The translations under genes were made by a program, and so were the position numbers. From NCBI GenBank assembly GCA_036172245.1, contig JAYWIR010000018.1:2356001-2420000 (forward strand): 64,000 nt of DNA, given 5' to 3'. This document shows positions 24,433-35,600 of this stretch, one piece after another. The stretch's first letter is position 1, and the number at the start of each line of letters is the position of its first letter. Origin of the DNA: Raillietiella orientalis (Eukaryota). A model generated the notes under the pieces. It was not told the DNA's origin and made no database searches. It saw nothing but the letters and a program-made list of their open reading frames with translations.

Positions 24433-26309
24433 CAGCGCTAAGATGCTGATTGCCAAGGGATTTCATGCTTTTTCAGTGACCACAGGGTCGAATAGGAACT
24501 GGCTGCATCAAAAATTGAAATCGAACACCAGATGACTTCTTCGTCTTAACCCTGAAACAACCATCTATCCATCAGGCATCTGCGAAGGAAGACGAGACTA
24601 GAGAAAGAAATATCCCTCATCCCTCGAGGAAACTCAAGAGGGTTCTAATGGACCGTACTGAGAAATCAAACATGGATGCCAGCCCTGGTAGCGTGCACGC
24701 TTCCCTGCTGCCAAACAAGGCTGACAGGCTGAACGATGGTCCGTTTTTTGTTCTTTTCAGTGAGGACTCACGAATCAGGAGAACGGAAGATGAGAGTCGT
24801 GTTATCCAGCTCAGTGGCACTGAGAGACCGAGCAAGATCAGAAGGGAGATCAGGTGTGTGCCTGATCTCTTTATGGGGAAAAATCCTAATTTGGGAGTAA
24901 CTCTAAAGGGCAGATTCATGTGAGTGCAAATTCTACTCTCGGATCGGAAGGAAAGGGCGTCATCTGTGTGATGATTTTCTCATCTGCGTGATGGTTTTTT
25001 CACCCGTTCCATCACCCTAGAAGTCGGCCCGCCATCCCTCCCCAGTCCCGTAGTTAACGATCCTCAATAGAGAACTATTAATGATTAAAAAAAAAAAAAA
25101 GATCTAAGGAACGCGCTCTTCCTGGCAAATGTCTTTTCTGGGCCCTCTGATAGCATATGGTTTCGAAGGGAGACATTCAAAACAAGTCCACCAAGTTCCC
25201 CAATCTCGAAACTTCGTGAGAGGGTCCCTGTTGAGCTCACTTTAGTCTGACTCAGGGTCACGAGATCACGCTGCAGAATCGATACGAACAGCAATTCTCA
25301 CGGGCCGCTCTGGACATTCTGATGTTAGCAGTGGACCATCATCACCCCGCTTCAGGCTCCATGCCCACACTCATGGTCTCAAGCAAAGCCAACTGATGAC
25401 TTCTGCGGGTGAAAGACCGGAGTGCAGAACGGAAGACATAGCGCATGTCATCATACGTGCCGTGTCTCACCTTCTTTGTTTATGTCACATCGTTTGTGTT
25501 CCTGACTATTTGCAAGAGGGTGACGCTGACAAGGGACGGTGTCACCATGTCACCCGATTGTAGAGTGACCGCACGCATCTGAATACACCTGCGACATCCT
25601 CTGGGGAAAGCAAACATTAAAAACACCAGTCCAGCGTGCATCTGGCAACTACATTGAAGAAAGCGCACGAACTACGCACGTCTTTGATTACGTCCACGAG
25701 TTTGCTTGCGGGCTCTTCCATGCTTTGGGTAGCCCTCTGTGTCCTAACACGCTCCACCGAAACAGGGAATGAAGACCTTATTTCATCAAAAAGAATCAGC
25801 TCAGAACTTAATCTCTCGGAGAGGGCCCTACACGTCTCTACTGAATCGTCTATCAACGAAGACGTTCGGCCACCAGAAATACGGCATCTCATCCGCATGG
25901 GTACAAGTGTAATCCAAAATCCAACGCTGTGACTGTTAGAATGTGTCAGCCCAAGGAACCTGGAGTCGTTTATTTTGGAAGGGGGGGGGAGGGGGCGCAA
26001 AGGCATGTAAGCCAAAAGTTGAGCCTCCTGCTTCAGAGTCGCAGGTGTTGGACTTATTTCCATGCAAGAACTCAAGAGAACCCGGAACCTTTATGCTCCC
26101 AGTGTAGCGCACGCTCCCTCTTCTCCCTCCAGGATTGCTATCTCAATTGTAAATACTTCTTTGGGTTTTCTCATTTGTTGCACTCTAATCCAAATGCTGG
26201 GAACCCTTAATTTGGCCTTGCATCTTTCTGTGTTTTGCTTCAATGTTCTGCGATTCGTGGATTATTGGATGAAGCACCGGCACCATCTGCTCTGCCTTTC
26301 AGGCAACAT

Positions 26310-26315
26310 TTTATT
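26310..26315 (-). promoter_or_regulatory. Candidate polyadenylation signal of gene B
   Basis: TTTATT on + (AATAAA on -), ~200 nt past the stop. Confidence 0.35.
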
Positions 26316-26511
26316 CCCTTTCACTCCACATTCTTTCGAAACAACCGTGCGTCGAACAGATAAACTACCTTCGAGCTTCAGTAGAATCGTCTGTTGCCCA
26401 CGGGCAAAAAAGATGAAAAATTTTCAACTGCCTTTTCCGAAGCGGAGGAACGGACCGTTCGGCAAGCGGCAGGTAAGGAGATGCGCTGCTCGCCTCGGTG
26501 TGCTGATAGTC

Positions 26512-26649
26512 CTAAATTTGGATAGCGCAGTAAATCCAGTAAACCACGCTGAAAACGAAAAAAAGGCACGGGAAGACAATGCGGCTGTATTTATCCAGTT
26601 TCAGGCTGAGGCTGTGGTCATCCGTTTCCACATACTGGGACCGTGGCTT
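26512..26649 (-). CDS. Gene B terminal exon (M4): KPRSQYVETDDHSLSLKLDKYSRIVFPCLFFVFSVVYWIYCAIQI*
   Basis: tttcag| acceptor in phase 0; LDxxSRxxFP..YW motif; TAG stop. Confidence 0.92.
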   Translation of the reverse strand, partial: KPRSQYVETDDHSLSLKLDKYSRIVFPCLFFVFSVVYWIYCAIQI

Positions 26650-29600
26650 CTGAAACAGAGGGAAAGATTCAGAGCTATCAACATGCCGAGTGCAACGCGG
26701 ATGATGCATGCAGGCCAAGACGGTGGCATTCGTGCAGCGCAAAACGCCGAAATTTTTTTTCGATCATTTCACTCTGAAAACGAACCCTCTTACAGGGAGA
26801 TATGCTGGAGGGACAGGGACGTCTGCGAGCGGACTGTTCCAGATGAAATCAAAAGAGCAGATCCCCTGCTTTCTCACGGATTCGCCACTGATTGTGGAGC
26901 AAGGATTGCAGGCGTCCACAGAGAGGAAAGACAGAAAATGAAAGAATCCCTCATGAAACCCAAGTAAACAGTGAGACCAGCTCGGGTCATGCTATAGCTT
27001 CGGGCCCCAGCTCTGAGATCAAACGCGTGCGTGCCACATGTCTCGCTCTCCCGTATACCGGAGCACCATCCAGGAAACAGATGGGTGGTCGATCTTGCCG
27101 TCATCTGATGAGATGGGTGAAAAGTGAACCTTTATCCTTAAACAACGGAGGACGGCACTTTCTCCTGCATATCATGACCCCCTGAGATGGGACGCATCAA
27201 CAAGACCGCTCGTCGTCAGTATCTCGCGCAAGAGAAGCATCCTAACCTGCTGCCAAGAGGCGACCGTTGCCGTCCTCAGCGAAGGGAACAGCGCCATTGC
27301 ACCGAACGCACGTTGTCTAATCGAAGCAGAGGTGAAAGAGGCAAGCCGCAAATCCCCTTCTACTCCCAGAGAGAACCTAGGCGGCAGTTTGCGCAACCGC
27401 TGTCGGTCTGTCTACATCCAAAGAACAAGGGTGCTTTGGAAGAGAGGCCCAAATTTCGAGGATATACGCGGCTCTCTACGTTAACAAAGAGGCAACATGG
27501 GATGGAGGGGACAGGATCTTTGCATTTTTCACCACCTTCTACCCTCGCCCTTTTGAATTTCTGGCATCATTTCCAGGAACCTATGGGCCCAATGCGCATC
27601 GTAGCTACACGGGACGCTGGAAGCAAGCGTGAAGCACTCCATTCCATCAAGGTGTAGCCCTCCAACAGCCAGCCACAGCCGGGTCATCCAAGTCACTCAC
27701 TGAACACGTAATCCACCGAAAGGCCAAGAGAGGACCCACGTGGTCGAGTCTTCAGAATAAGAAGACCATCATTGGGGGGACACGCGCAGGGTCGAAAATA
27801 GAGCTCGCGGGCGTGGCCCAACAGAGGAAAGGAAGACGGGGCTACGGAAGACGACCCAACAGAGGAAGACGGACTTAACACATGGAGTCCTCCGAACCTG
27901 AATGGGTCCAGAAAACGGTGGAGGCTGTGGAAAATCCCCTCCCTTGTACTTTTTTCTTTCTTTTTGATGCAGTTGCCAATTTTTCAGATGCTTGTTTAAA
28001 ACTCTGCAGTCATTTCGGGGTTTCTGATTTCGTCCACCGTGATGCAGACTCCTTAGCGTTCCCAAAGCGCATCTCATCAAGCAGATTCTCAAGGGTTCTT
28101 ACCTTTTGCTCTTGCAGCTGGTAGTTCTTGAACAGCCGGTAGGCCACAGCCGACTCGAAGAAGGCGAGTATGACGAATATCGTCGTGAAAACGTTCCAGA
28201 TGTCCACGATCTTCAAGTAGCCGACCTGAAAGGCAGCATCATTTAGCCGGCAAGTGTAGATAACTGAGAATGCAACGGAAGATCTCTGCTGGTAGGAGGG
28301 CTAGCTCACGTGCCAATCGATTTCATCTGAAGATCGTAACCAGGCAGCTATCCGACGCACAAGAGCTCCCACAAACATGAGATTCTTGAGCATCCGAATC
28401 ATCGCAAACCAAACTTCTCGTTGTCATCTATCCAGATGATCATCTTGATTAGGGAGTGTAACTAGCTGCGTTCATTTATCCAAAGAGCTCGTCCTTCTTC
28501 TGTTTTCGCTTCCGTATTTTTGCATCCCTCGTCAGTCACCCCGAAGTCTGAGGTTTCCATGCAGAAGTCACCGCCGTGTTTTTCCTTACGGCCGGATCTC
28601 ACTTGGACTAGATGTAGCCGAGTTCTTCGCTTCGGTTCTCTTCGCTTCAGATGATCACCAGGTCATTCCTAGCCTTGTCTGTTTGCCACACATGGAAAGG
28701 TCCGTTCCTTTTTGCTTTTATCTGCTTCTCGCAATAATGATTATTAATTAATGAGTTGGAGGCTGTGTGGCTGCGGTCTTCGCGCGTGATACCAAACGTT
28801 CCGGGTTCGCATCCTCGCGTGGAGGATCAACTCCGGAGAAACGGGTGTGCCGTGGGTTCGAATTCCCCCCTCAAGATGACGCTGATTGACCTGTGACTTC
28901 AGGCGCGGAACTGATGGAGGACCGAAACCGGATGCTCCTGTCAAGCACAAAAAAGCCTCCCCTCTCCGGGGGGCCTCTGGAGAGTACAAGGAAGAAGTTC
29001 CTTTCGGGTTCCTTCCAAGCATGAGAGGCATATATCAAAAGCAGGCTCTTCCAAAAGCGGAAACAAGTCTGTTGCAAGGAGCCCAAAGGTAGCCTTCGCA
29101 AGATCATCAAAAATGAGATGGACGAAGCTCGCTAGCAATGCTTCCGTCCTTGCCTAGAGAACTGAGAGACGGCTATTGCGATCGTCTCCGGGTCACTGGG
29201 GGTCACTGGAGTCCCCACAAGAGCCGAAGATTCCAAAAGCATACGCGAAACAGCTCAGTTTTGTGTATGAGCGATGTGATCACCACGTCCCTCAGATGGA
29301 TAGATGGCGTTGCAAAATGTCCCACGCATCCGGGTGTATCCGCTGGACCAGTTGGCTAGGATACCCTTCAGATAAATGACCGACATAGTGGAGACCTTCA
29401 TAGGCAAGTCGCCAGAATAGTTCTCTAGACATTCGACCCTTCCAACGCCGAGAATCAATCACGCCCGCGCTGGCGACCGTGCGGCTGCTCTCTCCTCAAG
29501 TGGCACCGAATGTCGCGGGTTCGAATCCCACTGGGGCAAAGATGGACGCCGAGAATGAAGGGTGCGTCGTGGGTTTGGGGTCCCCGCGCAAGATGAGTCT

Positions 29601-32600
29601 GGCTGGCCTGTGAGCCTCTAGTGCGGTACTGTTGAAAGCCGGAGACCCCCGGATGCCCCGTTGACTGACAGGGATTGGAGGTTTGAGCCTCCGAGGTCCT
29701 CCCAGGAATCAACGAGCGACGGTTCCCATCGGGGTTCCCTCCGGTTTTGCAAATGGAGCCAATTCCCACCTTTCTCCTAGTGGGACCCTCCATCGCGTAT
29801 CATGGAGCTGGTCCGTTCCTCTCCTGAGTGCAAGAAGCGCTCTGCTCCATTCGGGGAGTGACCCTTCAGAGAAATCGGGAAGCGTCCTCTCCGGGGTTAC
29901 CCCACTACCTGGAGATTTACGTGCGCCCTCGAGGGTGGAGCAGACAGCTTCAAAGAGTTTCTCGAACTCACTATTGAGGAGGCGAACGGTTCTTCAGAGC
30001 TCCGTGAGAACCAAAAAAAAGAAGAAGAAAGCTGGAAGGAAAGTACTGAAAGAAGAACTTGAGAGGATATACATCATTCCTTGCTCAAGTGCTGCTCTTC
30101 CTAAGAAAGGAAAGGGACAGCGCCATCCCAGCGAGGTGGGAAGCGACGTGCTGCATAGCCTCAAAGACGAAACTTCAGGGTGCGTGAACAAAATGGGAAC
30201 TCACGGATGATGCGACTCCGAGTGCCCCATTCCCAAGAACTCATACGCTGAGGTGAGCTGCTCAGCATCCCTCCGAAGGAGGTGAAGTGGCCCCCAGCGT
30301 GCTAGAACAATCGCACCCTCCTTCTCAAGTGGAAGGAGCTGGTGCTGCTGGTCTTGCATGGGGAATCCCATGCAAGACCTGTTTCTAGACTGTTCTGCCC
30401 CCGACTCCTTTGGGGCCGCCTCGTGAGGTCCCTTGGAATCCCAGCTGGCAGCCCCAGAGACATTTGGAAACACCTCCTCTCGCTTCCACACTGCCTTTAG
30501 CCGCATCCCTCGCGGTACTCTGCTGCGTCCGCGGAATCGTGGCATTCTGGAACGCGAGAAGAGGCCAGAATGGAAGGGATGCCGGACGCGGATCCTCCTG
30601 AGGACTGTCTCGAGATCGCCCCACCTGTGCATTATTCGGACTGTTGGCATCCTGAACAGGATGCCGAGGATGCCTGGCAGCGTACCGTGATCCCTCCCTC
30701 AATTCGCCCCCTCCCTGTGTATAAATTACCCTCCCCCGTTTTGTTTCTCAATTTTTGCTTTTGTTTCCCCTTCCCTCACGCTGCTGAAGCGGACCTCGCC
30801 GATCTGCGCACCGGTCCTCGGCCGGTTCATCGCAGGTTCGCAGCATGTATTTTTATTACCCAAGTAATAAGTGCTCCGGCATAACCGGGTGATAATCATC
30901 CCTGGCCAGTAGCAACGACCCCCCACCTCCCTTCTTCTCCCGGGAGGTCGCTACTGGCCTTCATTAAAAAGAAAAAAAAAATTCAACCATCGGGCTCGGT
31001 TCAGCGGGCACCCAGTGGAAGATTCGAACCTCCGGACGAGCCCTGCACGAGACCTGAATGATGGCTGCCACCGTGGATGGAAGCGGCCAATCCGCTCGCT
31101 TCCGCCAGGCTCGTCAGTCTTGCTGCTGGAACCGCTCCGATGAACGGCTTCCCCTAGAACCCAGGGAGGCACGGATCCAGGGGATCGCCGTAGGGACATT
31201 TTCGTTTCCGACGACTTCGAGGGCCCTGCCGAGCAGTCGTTCTTGCGTTCTCAAGATGTGCGCATCTCCGGGCAGCGCTGCAGAGCCCGCCAAAAAGTTG
31301 AGCAGATGGCGCGGCTGTCTCTCTCGCGAGCCACGAGAAATCGCGGACTCCTTCGCGCGAACCGCGAGGGAACGTTTTCAGGGATCCCGAAGCGTCCGGG
31401 GAGTGATGAGCTCCCAATGTCGGGGACGAGCGTGAGTCCCGATCGGTAGCAGAGGTCTCAGGGAATCGTAAGGGTCGAATAAGAAACATCCCGCAACTGC
31501 GGAACCGGAAGAAACTCTTCGAAGGAGAAACCTGGAGAGGGGAGCGATCCTGCTTCTCGCTTCACCCCTTCGCAGGCTAAGATGGAGAAGGTTGCCAAGG
31601 TTTCCTGCGCAAAAGGGGAAATCACGACCGCAGCGCCCTAGTACGTGGATCGCATCACGCTCCTGCGCTCTTGCCGCTTTGCTGGTGGATCACTTGGCTG
31701 CTCCGAACACGCACCGAGAGAGCAGAGAAGAGGATCCCGACGAAACGCTTATGAGGGGTAGGAGAATCCGAAACGGAACGGAGCGTGGCAAAGAAAGCTC
31801 CTCGGGGAATCAGCAGTTACCAGCACGAAGATGAAATCTGCTCATCTGACGACGCCGAAAACGCTGGTATCCCGGAGAAGAAGTCCGAAGGCGAAGCCAG
31901 AATTTCAGCATGCAAGACGCAGTGGCACCCTGCCCTTCAGTTCCCTAGCTGGAGAGTAGGAGCAGTTGGTTGCCTCACGGAGGATACGCGGATACGAAAG
32001 AGAGAGGATTTCGTGAGCAGAAATTTCGCTCGCGATTGCATTTCGATTCCCAGGAGTCCTCCCTCGGTGACCACGGTGATTCGTGATCACCGATTCTTGC
32101 TCTTCCAACTGGATCCGCGGACCGGAAAACGAAGAGTTGACAAGGGTTGGGTTCCCGGACCAGCAGTGCGTGGACGAGGATTCAACTCCGCCCGCTAGCG
32201 GGGATGACGGGACAGCTGAGAAGCAAAATCGAGCCCGGAATTGCTGGACGAACTTTTAGGGACCTCAATTGATGGAATGGATGAAAAAAGAGGATGATGG
32301 GAAAACCGAGTGATCAGTCCAGGCGAATCGCGTCAGGAAGCGGCGGCCAAGCTCTCGGAAGGACAAGCCGGCAGCACAGCAAGAGAAACTGAAAACTGGG
32401 ATGCCGGCTAGCATTCCGCTCCCATCGAGGGAACGTCAAAGATCCATCCCTGATTTCAGCAGGGACGTTACTCCCGATTTTCTGGAAAATCAAGAAATGG
32501 GTGGAGAGCACAATCTCTTCGAAATGCTCACATGAAGATGTCCAAACAGACTGCGTGATCTTTGGGATCGGAGGAAGATGGAAGAGACGCCACTCGGATT

Positions 32601-35600
32601 CCGAAGACTCAGAGGAAAGCATGGGACCGAAATGCTACATGGGAGGAGGGAGAGAATGGATGCAGATGGGTAACGAAATGACCCAAAAGCATCCACTTTT
32701 TCTGATTGCCTCCGATGGCGAAGCACCCGGGATGCTGTGGCCCAATCTTATAGGCACTATGAATAATTCACGAAGGGTACAGGGAGAGTGGCGTTTCACA
32801 TTCTCGAAACAGAATTTTCCCATCTCGCACAACGTGCGAAATTAAGAAAAATCATCAAAAACGGAAGATGAAAAATGCAGCAACCCAAGACGCTCGAGCA
32901 GGGCGCGCGGATGGCAAGGAACGAGTAATTGCCTGCTGGCAACACGTTAGCGAGGTCTCGTTCTCATCATCTCTTCCTGGAAGAGAAGTTCGGGCGGGCA
33001 GGAAAAATGCGCGAACAGCAGAAAAGAACGGGTCAAGAGCAACGTCCGAAAAACTCAACATCCCTTCGTGCACGGAGGAAACGCATGCATCGCCTTCGGA
33101 GGACCGCGGAAGAGCACGTGGTGGTGCTTTCAGGGGAAGTGAAACGACCACAGGACGAAAATTGTCACAGAGAAAGCCTCGAGCTGATTCCCGGAAAGTC
33201 TGCGCGTTAATGAGCAGGTATTTCTACAATTGTAACCGGTGTTTAGAACGCATTTAAGAGAGAAGGCACGACTTCAGCTGGCGATCCCAAGAACGTCAGC
33301 GGGTTCTCGAAAATGGGGAACCGAAATTACAAATGAATTTCGTCTACTTTCGACTTCATGTAATTGTAATTAGGTTTTCATCCCACTGAGGCTGTGTTTA
33401 ATTTCATGTAATTAATTTGATGGGAAAACCTCAGTGAAAGACGCTTCGACGAGCTGGAACGAATGGATCCTTTTTTCTTTTTTTTCTTGCACCCGCATCG
33501 AATCATGAGAGTATATGTGGACCACAAGTCCACTGTAGCCTCGACCAGCTCCACGGTCGTGCTGAGTGCTTGACGTATCAGAGCGCATGTTCGGAAGGGC
33601 AATGCTATTCAAGGGACTCCTGGAAAGGTTTCAGATGGGTGGTAGCAATAGCACTGGTACGAACCTTGTTAAAGGATTTCTTGCACAACAGTAATTTCGG
33701 TATTTTTCTCCTCACCAAAACAAAGCCAAAAAGAGAGACTTCGTGACTGCTCTTCGAGAAGACAGCTCCGCCTTCAGTAGGCAATATGGTAGTGGCACAT
33801 CCCGAACAATTTAAGAAGAGAAAGAAAGGAAGCTGCAATTCAGAGACTTTGGATTTTTGTTCAGTTTTTGTTTCTCTAGCTGAGTAGCTCCAAATCATCC
33901 CTTGAAGGCAAGGGGAACGGGATTATTTCCTCTCCTGGGTTTGAGCGAAGACGCAACGTAGCCAAAGTCTCTACCATTTGCATCAGCTCGCAAATTCTAT
34001 TTTGTTCCTCTTTTCTATGGAATGAATGGACATGTTACCAACTCTTTGTGTTATCAGAAATTTGCGTGATGCCTGGTTTCGAGACACCAAACAGCAACAA
34101 GAGAGAACGAGCCTCAGATAGAAGAATAAGGTGCGAGAGAAGAACCACACGGTCCCAGAGTGCCGCAGCTGAATGACACTGCTCTCTTCTTATGAGGGCT
34201 AGATAATTTCCTGTTCAGAGGGAGTAGGGAAAGTTTCCTCATTGCTGACCATGTTTTGTAAGATACGGTTTGTTTTCCACACGTGACTCGACTACCCACC
34301 GTCTTGTTTCCCGGGAGGACCTCCCCGAAGAGAGCGCGCTTCCAACATACTGGAGAAGAATCCCCCGACCTAACTCCACGAACGCTGTGGAAGGTCCTCC
34401 TGAGGTGGGGATCGACTCCCACTGGATGGGAATCCCGAAGGGAAATGGTTCTGGAAGGCTAAATTTCGGCTAGTCGGAGGGGACATCCGGTCTTCGACGC
34501 GTACAAGCTGCGCCTCACCCGAAGCCTACCATCCAATCAGCGTCATCATCCTGCTGGGGGGACTCGAAACCCACGACACATCCCCCCTCGGCGTCATTCC
34601 TTTACGGGTATTCGAACCCGCGCCCCAGGTGCCACTAGCGAAATCCATGTGGCTGCCGCCCAACTACATTGCTTTCACCCGTGACACGAGATCGGCGTAT
34701 CGCGCCCGTGGTGCACAGAATCATCCACGACAGTGCAGCAGTGCGATGTAATGCGGAGTTCACCTCCCAAGCAGCAGCACGGTGGGATGGTTGACTCCGT
34801 CGGATGCGTGGGTCAGGGATCGACTCAATGCCCCTGACGAGCTCCCCAGCACTCTGCTTGCAGATGACTTCACAATCGGTCGGGCTGCTTTTCCTTCTGC
34901 CTGCCAATCCAGGTTCCCGCACCATCACTGGGTGGCTAGCTGTTTTCATCTCGCAATGGACACAACTGCTCCCATGAGTTCCGGATGCGGATGCAAAGTG
35001 CACGACTGGCTCGAACCCGTTGCCAAAGTAGCGCGAATAGGGATTCGAACGTCACGATGACGTTCTGCAGCACCCGGAGCAGGAATTCGGCAATATGCTG
35101 GAATCGGGAACGCCGTCCAGCAGCGGCGCGAGGCTCCTGCAGCTGGTGAATCTCTCTGCACCGGACCACCTGGGTCTTCGCCGATCTAGTGCAAACGCTC
35201 TCTTCCTTCTCCATTCCCCTTTTCCCTTTTTTTTTTTTTTTTGCTTGCGAGATCAGAAGGAAGAGCTCCCAGCCTTTCAGACATCCCGTCGGGATCTCCT
35301 ATTTCTCGGGGATCCAGGGACTTCAATCGACTCTCTTTCGCACGCCCCCACCACTGCCGTAAATTTCCTTTCCCTTTTCATCCCTTCCTCTTTTCTGCTG
35401 CTTCAACTTCCATGTTTGGAGATCGCTTTGAAGATCTTTACGTAGGCATTTGGTTCCCACCGACTGCGCTCCCCATCCATTCCTTTATTTGCCAGAAATT
35501 TGGAAGGAATATTGCTGCTGAAATCAGAAACAAAGCGCTCTTCCTGACGTCAAAAAATGAAGAGACTCGACCTCGCGTGGTCATGACCTCTTATGCAGCT

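Noticed and set aside
26062..26967. 301-aa ORF on +
   Set aside because: Antisense to the terminal exon and 3' UTR of gene B; no recognisable motif.
29465..29545. Functional tRNA gene
   Set aside because: A B-box is present but I could not fold a cloverleaf, and diverged copies are attached to a repeat body; treated as a retroposon head.
35005..35055. Two further B-box-like motifs on -
   Set aside because: Spacing and downstream sequence do not clearly match the family head; too short to call.
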